A DNA stretch of 64,000 nucleotides, taken from assembly GCF_009914755.1 (NCBI RefSeq), contig NC_060930.1, one strand, 5' to 3'. Both the position numbers and the translations under genes were made by a program. Below are positions 47,093 to 63,569 of this stretch, piece by piece (position 1 is the first letter of the stretch; each line of letters opens with the position of its first letter). The DNA comes from the human T2T-CHM13v2.0 reference genome, Homo sapiens. The notes under the pieces were generated by a model. It was not told the origin of the DNA and made no database searches. It saw only the letters and a list, made by a program, of their open reading frames with translations.

Positions 47093-47699
47093 AATGGGTA
47101 TTTTAACACCAAAAAGAAGAGTTTTGCCTAGACAGCCTCCCAGACATAAGAACAGACACTACATCCACCATTTCCCTTTTTTTTTTTTTTTTTTTTTTTT
47201 TGGCGGAGGGTTAAACACTCACTAATATTTAGGAATTAGTCCTCTGCAATTTTTCACTTGTCCTGATAAAATCCAGATTTTACAAAGTTTAAACACCACA
47301 AAAATCACAGGGCTGTCTATAGAAGGAAGAATTCCTGTTACTCTTAGCTGAATATTCCCAATAATTCTTTGACTTTCTTTCTTTGTCTTATTAAACCAAT
47401 GAGAATCTCCAGGCATGCATGTTTTAGGTCAAATTAAGGAAACGCCCCTATGCCTGATCCTATTTGGAATTTCCATTTTTACTCATGTATGTCCCACGAC
47501 AATAAAATTATTGAAAAGCAAGTGCCACCAGTGTGGATGCATGGTCTCCACAAATCCACTCTTCACTGAGGAGATTTCCCCACATCCACTAAGGTGTGGG
47601 TCGCCTCCAGCTGCAGCGCCATACCTCATGAGATCAGCAGAGCTCAGGCTGAATAGCATTCCTCCTTTCCTCCTCTCTACTCACACTTCCTCAGAGGCT

Positions 47700-48200
47700 A
47701 TCCAGCATGATAATGAAGAACACAGGTGGTGGGGTCAGACAGCCACTGACTACCTCTGTCACTCTGGATGGGTGACCGTCCTCTCTGAGTATCACTTCCT
47801 CCTCTGTAAATGAGAACAATACTGCTCACTGCATAGGGCTGCTTGTGTGAGAACAGCACGAGCAGGCCCACATGGTGTTGGAAAAGGCCCCGACGCATAG
47901 CAAGGGACAAATAGTGCTGGTGATTGACACTAGCCCCTGCCAGGCTCTTGGGCATTAGGAATCCATAGTCAAGCAATGAAAGGGTCCTGCCCTCATGGAG
48001 TTTACACTCTAGCAGGAAAGACAAATATTTAATAATCATGCAAACTGAAATTAGAACTCTGATAGGTGATACTAAGAAGGGGGTAAAGGTGTTCCTGAAG
48101 CCTGGGGTCTGGGTCTGTCTGTGGAGATCCAGGATAAGCCACCACTCCTGAAACTTTAAAGATGAGTAGGAGTTAACAATTTGGCACAGGGAGAAAGGAG
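47700..48200. mobile_element. MIR (+, about 47700-47925) adjoining L2 (-, about 47930-48200)
   Basis: cacttcctcctctgtaaatgagaacaatactgctcactgcatagggctgcttgtgtgaga, then gtcctgccctcatggagtttacactctagcagg. Confidence 0.6.
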
Positions 48201-50000
48201 CAGGGGTCCAGGGAGAAGGAGCTCACCCTTCCTTCCTTCCTTCCTTCCTCTTCCTTTTTCCTAAATTGTAAATGTCACCTACTCTAAATAAGGCAGTGTC
48301 TTAAAGAACAACCTAATAATCTATGTACTGGTATAAACCTTAAACAAAGTTCAAATTTACTCCAATGCACAAAAATTCAGTTAATCTCTATGAAACAATC
48401 AAGGATGGCATTATATTCTAGAATTCTTCTGCTGGCCCTCCTCCAAAGCGACATATGAAAAGCTGAAGCAGCATACATTTAGCTTGTTTCACAGAAGAAT
48501 ACTTATCTTCTAAGTGCACAAAGTAAAACATTAGAAAGGGATTCAGTACAGAATATTAAAACTCTGTATTTTTCAACTGCCTGCACTGAGGAAAGATAGA
48601 AAATCTATCCCACAAAAAAGTATGAGTTTGGACCAGTTTGTTTAAATTTAACAAAACAAAGTTCATCATGGCTGATGAATCAATCTTTGTTTTGAGTCCC
48701 TATTTTTACGCAAAACCGCACTTTGCCCGACAGCATGAGCTACTTGTGAAATAAACACTTCAAGCCTCAAATTTCAAAGGAGTTATAAGTATGTTGGGGG
48801 CAGCAATGCAGGAATAACTTTCCCACCCCCTGGTCACTATCAACTTGGAGAAAAATTATTTCCAATTTGCCTTCTACTTTGTACCCTTGTGGTGTCTCAG
48901 ATTTCACAGTCCCTGAAGGATGTGCTGTCCGTGCACTCACAAACACCCCACTCTGGCCATCTCCACTTTGCTACAGATCACAGTCTCTTTGCTTCCAGTA
49001 ACTTTTCTCTATGTTCCAGGGTCACAACCCCTCCTCATTATCCCCAATTTCCTTGGGGTAAATTTCTAAGAAGTGTCTTTATACCTTAAATCCTTGTTTC
49101 TTTTTAAAGCAAGAAAATGCTGGCATGAGGTCAGATGCAAATCACTTTGCATCCTCAAAGCAACTAAATATTGTCCCATTGTAGAGATGGGATGTCCTTA
49201 CCATAGTGACAGTGACAGCATACTCTCTCATGGCTCCCTGCAGAGTCCTTGGAAGCGATGTGACAGGTTTTCATAAAGAGGGAAGAGAAAAGGACTTAAA
49301 ACACTGCCTGCAGGAGCCTCTACACCCTTATTACTTTCTGGGTTATTGCCTCATGAGGAAAAAGAAATTCAATCATTTGTCGGGGGGAAAAAGTGTGCTT
49401 TTTCTTTTCAAAGTCTACCCTTTTATGAAATATTTAAGCAAACATTTATTTACTTCTAAACCACCAGGAAAAGAAAGAAAAGCAACCAACATTTAACTTC
49501 ACAGAAGAAATAAACATTTCACTAACTGTTATACCTTTAAATTTGTTTTGATATACAGAAGATCATGAATACAGTCATCTATATTTTCCTAGTCAGTGCA
49601 ACAAAAAATAACACTCACTAATAGATCAGAAAATGGAGATGACAACACTTAATTCCAGAATCCAGGAATTTTTTCCCATAGTTTCCTGTAATCCCTTTAA
49701 GACTCTAAACAAAGTATTCTACCTTTTTTCTTTAAGAAAACAAAACGAATTTCATGCTTATTTGATATTTCTAATAAATGATTTTAATAATAGACTAAGC
49801 CAAAAAGGAAGCTGGTCTATATTCATTAAGAAAAATGCAACCATAATCACATTTCGTGAATGGACAACTTTCACATATCCACACTCTCAATGCCTACAAA
49901 GTTTAAATGGAAAGATGGATCGTTCAGGAAAAGCGTTGAGAGCAGCATCCAGACCTCAGCACTGCCCTCACACTGAGCCCTTCAAAAGGACGGCACGAGG

Positions 50001-50492
<492 letters not shown>

Positions 50493-51665
50493 TCAGCATA
50501 AGAACCATTTTGAAAACACAATGAAGGAAAACCTGAGATCACCATGCTTCACTGGGTCTCCAGGGCCCAGACAGAGGTGACGCACCAGGTGTGCGTGACG
50601 ACGTCACCCTACAACCTTTAGTCCACCTTCATGCTCCAGCCACTGCCTGCAGCTGCGCCCAGACAGCACCTGACTGCAGTTGCCGTGCCTCACTCACTTT
50701 CCGCCTTCATATGCCTCATACACTGCCAGCTCGTGGGACGCCCATGGAGACTGACTTAGCCATCCGGCTCATACACAAGCCTGGGGGAGCAAGGCAGCTG
50801 GCTCAGGGGGTCAGGCTTGACTAGGGAGAACCAGTCTTTTGGGCAGATGCCTTTGAGGCCCATTCGTCACAGCTCCTTGGAAGGTCTGCAGCAGGGTCCA
50901 CACCGGGTAGCTTGTTGAGGTGACCAGCCGCACAATCAGGGACTTCCGGGCATGGCTCCATGTCTTGATAACATGCCAGTGGCTAGAACACTCCTGAGCA
51001 AAAGTATCCTGTCAGCAGATCACGTGTTCCCTGAGAAATAAACTGCTGCTGAGAAGCTACTATTAATAACAGATGGCGGACAGTTTGCTGTGATACCTGG
51101 ACTGAGTACCTCGGTGCCTCTGCTGTCTCTGGGCCATCTGGATTTCTAGGTGTGACTGTGGCAGACGTGTCTCGGGTGCAGAGGAAATGGAAACAAGATG
51201 GTCCTGCTTCTGAACTCGGCCTCATGCCCTCATGCCCCAAGTCTGAAGTTCTTTTGGTCTCCTCTTCTGTACTTCTGGAAGCTTCCACTAGTCTCTTACC
51301 ATGCTCACATGAACTAAAAGCCAGATGCCTAAATGACTAACATGATAAAAGATTGGCCTGTAAGGCCACAGTGACAAATGTCACCTGAAAGACGAAGGGG
51401 AAATAATTTGCATTGAAGGGTGCGCTTGCTTATCCTCACCCCTTGGCTCATCCAAGTAGCAGAAGAGTTTGGGTTGCATGAAGCTTCCAACCATTCAATG
51501 CAGGCTGAGCTCCACAGCAGTGCCTAGGGGAGCACAGCTCAGATTGTGCTGAGAGCCACCTCTCTTGTCTCACAGGTCCCATCCCTGGGCTGAGGCTCTT
51601 TATCGAGGAAAGAAAGAAATGTCCTGTCTGGCCTCACACACCTGAAAGTCGAGAAGCAGAAGAAT

Positions 51666-52241
<576 letters not shown>

Positions 52242-53208
52242 TTATACCAGCCTATCTCTTACTTCCCTTGTTCGGCCAGCAGGATAAAAATCAATGGACA
52301 TTTCTATCGCCAACCTGCTGCAGCTGCTTCTCAGAACCACCATCCCTTTATGTAGAGGAAGAGAGAGGCAATTTAAAATGGAAAAGGGAGAACTGCGAAG
52401 AGGAAGGACCAAAGGTGACTTCTCCCTTTATCCTTCCTGAAGGCCAAAGGTTGGAGACAGTAAAAGGAAACTTTGCTGGGTTTGTAGAGGCAAAGAGGGA
52501 TATTATGGACTTGAAAGAACTTTTCAGATGCGGTTGGTTACAAGAATGAAAATCAGGCAGCAATGAGCCAAGGACACTCAGCAATGCCATCAGCAGTACT
52601 TAATTCCACAAATAGAGTTATCAGGTGACTATAAGGTACTCAGAGAAAAGGTTCATATTTTAGATATAAAAAGATTTATCTCTTGGGTCTAAGAAACTAC
52701 ATATTTCAAAGAGAAGAATAATCAGCTTATAACTAAGAAGACAGACTCAAGAAATATGAGCAGTGAAGAAGATAAATGGGGAATACTGAAAGTTTTTTGA
52801 ATTTGCATATTTAAGCTGGTGATAAGAAAATAAGAATTGTGTTATTTCATCCTTTGACGAAAGCGTCCATGCATGACCACTCCTTCCATAAGGAAGCCCT
52901 GGTACACACAGAGCCTAGATTATCCACTGATAACCCCACACCATCTCAACGAAGCTAAATAAAGATGGAGAAGAAGGGGCTTTCCACCTCTCACCAGCTG
53001 GCCTCATCCAGTGTCTTCAGGAAAACCAGCCTCCTAGGCTTTGACTGGACTTCCCCATTTGTGAGATGAGGGAGAAAACTCAATGACCTCTATATCCTCT
53101 TCCCACTCTGCAATGTGGTGACTGAATCGCATGATGGATGATTACATGGCCTTTACCCAATCCCCTCCTTACTGTTACTGTCCATCTATTTCGTCTTTCC
53201 TGCCTCAT

Positions 53209-53780
53209 TGTGGAGATGCTGCAATGTGCCACTGTGGCTGTCTGGACTACATTTCCCAGAATCCCATTCTCTCCATGTCTCCCATTGTGGTGCACTATAA
53301 ATAAGAGAGGTTCTTAGGTGGGATCTGGAAGATGGGCTGAAGCAGCCACCCTTCATTCTGCAGCTTACACAGGCTGTTGTCATCTACAGCCTGGGCGTTG
53401 GCATCAGGCAACAGCTGGGCCTGCAGCTGTGCTGTGTCCCCTGGCCTTTCCTCAACATCTCTGACCCAGGGCCAGGTGTGCTTGTTTAGCACCCTGGTGG
53501 GGAACCCTGGCTTCTGCAAGACCCCAGTAAGCCCAGAGGCAACAACAGTGACACAAGTTCCAGCATCAGGGTTGAGATTTTCTTGCTCTCCCCCACTTCA
53601 TATCAACCTTCTCTTCTCCAGAGCCTGCCATGTGGACTTCAAGCTCCAGCATCCAATGTGAGACAACAGCCTTATAAACACTGCTTGATCAGCCCTCACA
53701 ATTGCAGAAGGTCAAATCCCTATAACAAAGCTGCTTGTATATATGATCAGACATATGTGGGTTGGAACCTTGAATAAACC
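53209..53780. mobile_element. ERVL LTR remnant (LTR33/LTR41-like)
   Basis: ggactacatttcccagaatccc...ggatctggaagatgggctgaagcagcc...ggtcaaatccctataacaaa. Confidence 0.5.
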
Positions 53781-55115
53781 TCTTAAATGGGGATTGTAAT
53801 TGTGAAGATCTCATAGGATCACTGGGTGGTTTAAGGGAGATAGTGAATGTAAAGTTGGCATGGAATGCACAGTAAATACTGTGTTATTATTAACTAAAAA
53901 TCCCAGTTACCCTGCTGAGAAAATCTCTCTCATTTTTTCATAGCTGTAGAATCAAGCGAAGTAGGCATTTTGCCTATGTCGTACCAGGGACTAAGCTAAC
54001 AGAACCCTGGCTCCACTCTAAACCTAAGAGAATCTAATCCTATTTTTATTAGAGACCAGAACATAGTAGCTAACAAGTACTTAACCTCTCCCTCCAAGGA
54101 AATGATGGCGAAGCCAAAAAGAACGATACCAAACTGGAAACCATTGATTTCAGTAAGATATTTCACTGTCACTGAAGGAAAACATCATTTTAATGGTGGA
54201 GTTTGATATCCACATTAAAAGACAGTTAATCGAGAGACATCATACAATAGAGCTATTTGGGTAGAGTACTTGGTGAACTGAAAGCCTAATACATAAATTT
54301 TCCTCTTTCAGCTCTTACTAATGAAAAAAGTTATTCAAAGAAGTATTTGAGATGGACTTAAATATCAAAACCATACTTCTTACTTTTTTAAACTACTTAA
54401 TACATATCGTGTTCCAAAAAGATCTAAGTATACAAAATTAGAGTTTTTCTCATCAGAGAATTAAATTTAAGTCCATCAAGAAACCTCAGGCTTTCTGATC
54501 TGTACAGCACTTTTTGGTCTTTTTATTTCAGTCTCAAATATTTTGAAATGGTATTAAGTTGTGTCCAAATGACACAGTGGGCCAGTGGCTGGGGGAGGGA
54601 GGTGAGACCTGAATGCCAAGAGCTTGGGGAACCATTGTTTCCCACTCTATTCTGATGTCCAAGCTGACACCCACAGCCCACTGACTGTCTCACCTCCAGT
54701 GTGCCGTGTGAGCCACCTGGCACACACACACTTCAAAGCCAGATCTCAGTGTGATACCTAAAGAGCAAACGTCATCTTGGTCCTCAGAGCCATGAGCCCT
54801 TGCAGATTCTCTGCCAGTGTCATCTTTCTTTCTCACTGTCACTCAATTTTAAAACACTGCCGCCAAGTGTTGTTCATCTTTCCCTGATGGCACTCAGCAC
54901 CATCACCGACGTCCACAGGTGCTTCCAGACACATCTCCACTGTGCCTCCAGCCTCCTCACCAGGTTCTCACCATCCCACACCTGGACAGCCTGTGACACA
55001 GCCGGTCCGGGGTCACCAACTCCTGCCCCCTTTCCATACATTCATTCACATATGATCTAGTCCCCTCCCACATACACTTCACTATACTATCTTTCACTAT
55101 ATAAACCTTTAATGT

Positions 55116-55409
55116 GGCCAGGTGCGGTGGCTCACAGCACTTTGGAAGGCCAAGGTGGGTGGATCACTTGAGGTCAGGAGTTTGAGACCAGCCTGGCCAA
55201 CATGGTGAAACCCTGTCTCTATTAAAAATACAAAAATAGTCAGGCATGGTGGCGAGCACCTGTAATCCCAGCTACTCAGGAGGCTGAGGCAGGAAAACAG
55301 CTTGAACCCCAAAGGTGGATGTTGCAGTGAGCCAAGATCACATAATTGCATTCCAACCTGGGCAATAGAGCGAGACTCAGTCTCGGGGGAAAAAAAAGAA
55401 AGAAAAAAA
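55116..55409 (+). mobile_element. AluS with a small 5' deletion
   Basis: ggctcac|agcactttgg lacks the cctgtaatccc segment. Confidence 0.9.
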
Positions 55410-56917
55410 CAGTATAGATTAAAATGATTGATTGTAGAGAATTCTGCTGGTAGAAAAGTAAATTTATACTTGCATGAGTAACTTCTACATTCTTTGTAAT
55501 GGATTTTACATAATAGGAGCAGGTATTTTGTGACAGTAATAGGCCCACTCAAGCAGCTGGATATACAGCTAACTCTTTATCACTGTTAGGGCTGAAATGA
55601 AACTTGGTTTACTTCTTACATGGAAAAAAAGTCCTTTTCCCAAATATCAAATATATAAACTTAGATTCATTTAGAAAAGTTGACTCCTCAGTAGATAATA
55701 AATGTCTCAGATGAAACAAATCTCTCTCTCTCTCCTTAAACACATACAGAATAGGAAAGGCTTATACACATGCGTGCAAATTCTGGCTCCTCGCAATGAT
55801 CCTGAGTGTGTTATTTTCCATTTAAGCCTTGGTTTTTCTCCTTCTAAAAATGGAAGCAATGATATCTATGTGACAAAGCTGTAGAGAAGATTAAATTAGA
55901 CATAATAAGTGCCTAGCAGAAAAGAGACACTTTAGACGCAATTGATAAATTGTAGCCATAATTATGTATATGAAATACTTGTAACTATAAGCCCATTTTC
56001 CATGTTGTTTATTCCTTCAAGGCTACACTTGTATTTGAATGTCTATCTGCCACTGTCCTGGTTTACAGCAAAATCACCTTATAATGAAGAAAGAGGCTGC
56101 CATGTTTCGAAACCTCCTTTAGGTGGAATCCAATGGGAAATAACTTATAAATACATATTTTTATTGTATATGTAACAGTATATTTTTAGATTTATCTTAG
56201 TGATGTTGTAATGGCTAATTGTATAAATTCTGAATCAGCCTCACTTTTCCTTTTAACTCAGTTCATATATCAACTCTTCAGCCAATGGAAATCTCCTTTA
56301 TAGGGTGTGGCATAACCATTAACCTCCCTTTGTGCCCCATGTAATTTGACTATAATAAATTTCACTATACTGTCACTGCTTTGTGCATAGTAGATGCTCA
56401 GTGAATATTCAGTGAATTTAAACTTGGCAAGTAGTCAAAGAGAAAGAAATTATTTTAAGTAACTAAACTTAACAAAACACCTAACTACGCTTCCGGAAAT
56501 AGGTAAAAGAACTAAAGATTACATAAAGTATCAGGTGTTAGAAGTCTAGAAAAACATAATTCTCCAAATTGTGATTGTCAAAATGTGAGCCCAGAGATAA
56601 ATTCCCATGCCTTTGCATATGAGCAAATTGGCTCTACAATTTTTACAAAAGAACTATGGCTCTGCACTGTTGGACTCAAACGCCCTTTGTGCTGCATTTT
56701 CATTAATTCAAAACACTTAGAATCATTTTGCAGAGCAGCTCATTTTGTGCAGCAGAGGGAGGCCATGAATTATCTGTTGTGCCTGAATAAAGCTCTGCAA
56801 TGTTGAGCCGTGTCTTTGCTGAGTCTAGGCGCCTCCACTTCTTACATGCCATGCGAATGACACAGTTTGAAAAACACAACCAAATGTACACAGTATTCCA
56901 TCTTCTACGAAAAGCAT

Positions 56918-57210
56918 AAGGGGGGAGGAGGAAAAGAGGTTGGTTAATGGAAGTGAGTATAGATAGAAGGAATATGTTCTAGTTTTCAATAGCACAGCAG
57001 AATTCCTATAGTTAACAATCATTTATTGTATATTTCAAAATAGCTAGAAGATTTGAAATGTTCCCAACACAAAGAAATTATAAATGTTTGAAGTGGTGGA
57101 TATTCTAAATGCCCTGATTTGGTCATTACATGTTGTATGCATGTAACAAAATATCACATGTACCCATAAATAAGTACAATTGTTATATGTCTATTTAAAA
57201 AAGGAAAAAA
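56918..57210 (+). mobile_element. L1MA-family 3' end
   Basis: tagttaacaatcatttattgtatatttcaaaatagctagaaga...ttcccaacacaaagaaat...atcacatgtacccataaat. Confidence 0.85.
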
Positions 57211-57523
57211 ACACCATTTAAATAGAAAACAACATAAAAAGAATGTATACATCCTTTACATTGATGAGATCTCTAAACCAGTTGTGTTCAGTTCCACCTT
57301 TGAACCCTCAGAACAAGGGATTTGTGCTTATTGCTACTTACTTGACTCTACCTGGTGTTCAGTCTATTGTGTACAAGTCTCCTGTACATCTTATCCTTAT
57401 ACCCAACTCTATAAATTGTAAGCTCCCTGAAGAACGGAGCTTTGTCCTGTCCTTCCTGACACAGGCAACACTCAACATTTGATGTCTATCTAGTCTACGT
57501 AACTATCTCTTCCAGCAGAATCA

Positions 57524-57806
<283 letters not shown>

Positions 57807-58149
57807 TCTTTTTAGAACAGTCCATAAACTGCCGCCTTTAAGTGACTGAATCCTGGAAATAAGTGTCAAAAAACCTAATGTGTATCCATGAAAGTATTAC
57901 AGTAAATAACATGTAATAATGTGTATATGAGAAAGAAATTGTATTATTCTGTAAGGTAAAATGAGGTTTATGAGAATTGGACAGTAGCCGTTAACTGCTG
58001 TTTTATTATTTATCCTTCATGTATAGGCAAGATGCTACTGAAAATGATCATTGTCTAGGTATGACTGAAAAAACAAGCATGTTCATTCATTCGTTTGCTC
58101 ATCCATTTATTAAACAAATATTTTAATCATTTCAGCAACATGTTTGTGT

Positions 58150-58690
58150 TGCTGCCAAAGAGAAATTAGATTCTAACATGTTCAACTTAAAAAGACTTCA
58201 GTGGCTCCCTGTTGTCTCTGGGAGTAAGTCCAGGTCTTCTGCGGGATACGTAAGTTCTTTCCTGATCTGGCCTCTCCCTGTTTCCCTGTCTTATCTCTCA
58301 TCACGCCCCTACTTCCACCCTTTATTGTTACTGTCTTGTTTCACACCCTCCATGCCTCTGTAAATCTTGTCTCTGCAAGGAATAGTTTTCTTCTCTCTCC
58401 TAACTCCTATATGACCTTAAAGACTTACCTGAGGCAACTCTGTGCCCTGGTAAATCTTTCATATTATTCAAATCTAGAGCAGCTGTTCCTCCTCTAGGTA
58501 CCCACAGCATCCTGGGCTTTCCTTTGTCATAGCATTTGTCACACCTCTTCAAATCTGTTTCTTTATCTCTCTTGTCCACTAGACTCTTGCAGGCCGTATG
58601 ATACTCTTATCTGCATGCCCAGTGCCTAGCATGGTACCCAGCAAATTGTAGGCAACCAATACATATTTACTGACGACTGAATAAATGTGG
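58150..58690 (+). mobile_element. L2 3' region
   Basis: aagacttcagtggctccctgttg...cactagactcttgcagg...cccagtgcctagcatggtacccagcaaattgtaggcaaccaatacatatttactga. Confidence 0.7.
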
Positions 58691-59306
58691 AGACTGGGGC
58701 AACTATGACAAAGAGAACAGACAATTAACTGGAATTCAGGAGACCCGGACACTGTCTTCAAAGGTTGAAAGACTTTTGGAAAATTAATCTTTTTGTGCAA
58801 CTCCTGGCATTAGCTAAGGTGGTTGTCCAAAGCATTCCTTAGCTCTGTGGCTACCTGACATTTTCTAAAAGTGACAAAGTTCTAATGTGTCTCTAGCCGA
58901 GAGGAACAGTTACAGTTGGCACTTAAAAACATTATTTGTTTGCTTAGGGAGACATTCTGTATCTTAATTTCAGACTACTTATGACAGGTCTCTGATACAA
59001 TGTATGGAGTGTCAAATATATCATCTTTTCTAGGTTTTAATAAAAAGAAAACCTTACCAAAAAAAAGGTTGCCTTGACAATATATCTATAGACAATATCT
59101 GAATTAATAAACTGACCATTTATTTTCTTTTCTAGTTAAGGATGCCATCTAGAACAAGGACTTGGTCATGACAATTGGAAAGCCATCCAATGGTTCATGG
59201 CTCATGGCACTCATATTAGCAAAGGTGGGTTCCTGTCATCCCTACCCTGCCCTTCTCAGCTCAGGTGCACATCTCCTCCCATCACACCAAACAGCCACAA
59301 ACAGCC

Positions 59307-59619
59307 TTTCTCTTTTCTTCTTTTTTTTTTTTTTTTTGGTGACAGAGTTTCACTCTGTTACCCAGGCTGGAGTGCAGTGCATGATATCGGCTCACTGCAA
59401 CCTCCACCTCCTGGGTTCAAGCGATTCTTGTGCCTCAGCCTCCTGAGTAGCTGGGATCACAGGCGCCCGCCACCACGCCCAGCTAATTTTTTGTATTTTT
59501 AGTAGAGACGGTGTTTTACATGTTGGCCAGGCTGGTCTTGAACTCCCGACCTCAGGTGATCCACCCGCCTCAGACTCCTAAAGTGCTGGGATTACAGGCG
59601 TGAGCCACTGCGCCCGGCC
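59307..59619 (-). mobile_element. AluS-type element
   Basis: TSD caaacagcctttct / caaacagccattct. Confidence 0.93.
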
Positions 59620-60031
59620 CAAACAGCCATTCTTACTGCACGTCTATATGGTGGAGTTAACTCCATTTCTCAGGAAGACGGACGGAATGAGTATTCTCAA
59701 CAGATAACAGATTTTCATAGGCTGTGAAACCTTAGTAATTTGAACAATAGAAGAATGACCTAAGTCAGTAGAGTCTCTTTTCTTACAATGGCTTAAGTGC
59801 TTTCAGACACAAAGAACTAAATAAGGCATGCTAACAAATAGATTGGCTGGTGAATCCTTATCTTTTTCTTAATGAATACACAATATGTAATTGATATGCT
59901 ATCTGTATATAACTTGAATGTATTGAAAGAAGGGCCTTAAATGTACCTCAAAAACTATGTTTCTCTAGGTATATTTAATATTATTTCTTAAATACTATTA
60001 ATTTTATTACTTACATAATAAAGATGTTTTA

Positions 60032-60324
60032 GGTTGGGTGCAGTGGTTCATGCCTGTAATCCCAACACTTTGGGAGGCTGAGGCAGAAGGACTGCTTGAG
60101 GCCGGGAGTTTGAGAACAGCTTGGGCAATATAGCCAGACCCCATCCTTACAAAAAATTTGAAAAACTAGCCAGGCATGGTGTTGAATGCCTGTAGTACCA
60201 ACAACTCAGGGAGGTTGTGGCGAGACGATTGCTTGAATCCAGGAGTTCAAACTATGATCACACCTCTGTAGTCCAGCCTGGGCAACACGGCAAGACTCTA
60301 TCTCTAATAATAATAGTAATAAAA
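60032..60324 (+). mobile_element. AluJ-type element
   Basis: Diverged dimer. TSD aaagatgtttta / aaaggtgtttta. Confidence 0.88.
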
Positions 60325-60487
60325 GGTGTTTTAATATCCCTCCTCCCCCAAGCTCCAAAAGATAAATTCTAAACTAGTGGAGTTTGGATCAGTGAGGGTT
60401 GATGGGGAAAAATGTAAATATAGCAGTCTTTTCACTTCAGGCCAGGCCTCGTGAAATCCATATCTTTAAACTTCATTATGTTTCTAA

Positions 60488-60803
<316 letters not shown>

Positions 60804-61321
60804 ATGCTCCTAAAACTCTAACCTGTGACTCTGGAATATGTTTACAAGGAAGCTCAAGATTGAGGACACTGCAGGCCATCTCAAAATGATGTCAGAGGGC
60901 AGAACCAACGCTTACATTAATAGAATTGCTGGGGCACTAGTTGCCTTGCCGGAGTGGCACCCTTGAAGATAAGAAACAAAATGACAGCTCGCACCAAGTA
61001 TTCACCCTTAGGCCACACAGATAAATGTGCAGCAAACCTCTTCAGGCTCCACTTGTCTGGAGAAGGAGACACATGATATATTGATGTAATGTGGGAAAAA
61101 GACGAATTAAGTAATTTTAAAAATTATTTTAATAGGTCATCTATCTAGAAAGAATGGCAAAGAGGAAGACCAGGGTGGGTGGGCAAAATGCACCATTTTG
61201 TTTGTTAAGCAACATCTTAAAAGGTGCAGTTAAAATATATGTACACTTCCTCAAATTAAGCAAACATCATCATTAGGATATTTCAGATACTGAAACTGAT
61301 GAGAGGCATCCCACGCCCCTC

Positions 61322-61605
61322 TTTTTTGAGACAAGGTCTCTTCTGTTGCCCAAGCTGGAGTCCAGTGGTGCGATCATGTCTCACTGCAACCTTGACCTTT
61401 TGGGCTCAAGCGACCCTCCTGTCTCAACCTCTGAAGTAGCTGAGACCAGAGGTGTGCACCACCACACACAGCTACTTTTTACATTTTTTGTAAAGATGAG
61501 GTCTCACTATCTTGCCCAGGCTGGTCTGAAACTCCTGGGCTCAGGCCATTTCCCCAACGCCTCCCAAAATGCTGGGATTACAGCTGTGAGCCACCTTGCC
61601 TGGCT
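61322..61605 (-). mobile_element. AluJ-type element
   Basis: gatcatgtctcactgcaaccttgaccttttgggctcaagcg and gtctcactatcttgcccagg. Confidence 0.88.
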
Positions 61606-62158
61606 GAACAGTACCTCCTGAGATGAAGCAAGGTGTGGGCAGGCTTCACTAAAGGGCAGCATTACAACAGGGAAATAGTCATGCGATATGTCTAAAGCAA
61701 ATTATCATGCCTAATAATATTTCTTTCAGTTGAATAATTACAATTCATTATGGCTCATTTCTTATCATTAATATTTTCATTTAAAATTATAAATGAGATG
61801 ATCACATAAAATGAAAAACTGACTTTAAAGTTAAAATAACACACGCTTTTCCTCAGGAAAAGCGTGATCCCAGCATTTTATAGAATTGGAAAATATTTGG
61901 GTGATGATCAAATCCAATATCCTCATTTCACAAATACATAAGATACTCAAGAGTCTAAATGATATTTCAATTTTATCCAACTAGTTTGGAATAAATCCAG
62001 CAGAACCAGTGTCTCTGGATCCCCAACCCAGTGTTTCCAGAACAATATTCTGTGTTACATAATTTTATATTTATTTGGCAAACTACATTTTAAAGTTAAA
62101 GGATCTAAATATAGAAATAGTTTCGTATATTATCTTTCTTAATATTAAAATAAAATAG

Positions 62159-62611
<453 letters not shown>

Positions 62612-63569
62612 TATGTTCCTTCCTTTCAAAGAAACATTCATATTTGAATGACTTGACTACATAGAAACCTTGAAGAAAATTCCAAAATGTAGGAAAATTA
62701 CAGGCCATGATAACATAATTTAAAACATAATCTAATAAAAGTATAACCAAGCAATAGGAAGATAGTTTAGTATTTAAACCATTTGAATATAAAAGCCTTT
62801 TAACCTTTGGTCAACAGAGAAAATCCAATTATATTTACCATTATCTAAACGTAAATTAAGTGGGAAAATACCTACAATGTGAATGTTGATACAGCTGAAC
62901 TCGGAGGATCCGAACAGCTTTCAGATATTGAAAGGAGAGAAGACATAACCTAAACTTACCCAATGTGGGTAAACAGGAGGGTGATGGGGCAAGTGAAGAA
63001 GGACAAGGCTGGAACATCATGCTAATTCTAAGTCAGATTACAAAGTGTTTCAATGCCGTGCAAAAGAAATCTGAATTATTTTTAGATGACAAAAAGAGCA
63101 CATCAGAATTTTTTAAGAAGCAGAGAAGGACTTCTTGGCAACACAGCTGACTGAATTGAGAAGGGCTCTTCTTCCTGCTCCAGGCAGAACTACTGGAAAG
63201 AGAGACAGAGAGGACACAGAGAGAGAGAGAGAGATCACAAAGGCAGAGAGGAAGGCAGGCTGACGGGAAACTCCAGGGGTTGGAAAGGCAGAGGGAAGGC
63301 CAACCCGGAGTGGTGAGAACACCAGCTGACTCCGCATCAGCCTAGGGTCCTGGTCCCAGACCCTGCTGTCAAGGCTGAAGGATGGAGCTGAGCATACTTG
63401 CTAATACGAGACACGTGTTTTAGGGCCTGCAAGAGGCAGAAAGCTAGATCTGAGAATCTGTGCATAAGCCATGACCCTGGAAGACACACTTGGAAAAGGG
63501 GTTTACAAAACTTCACCCAAATAAGTGGCAATGAAGCCCAGGGCTCTGGGAGGATAAAAACACACAAAA

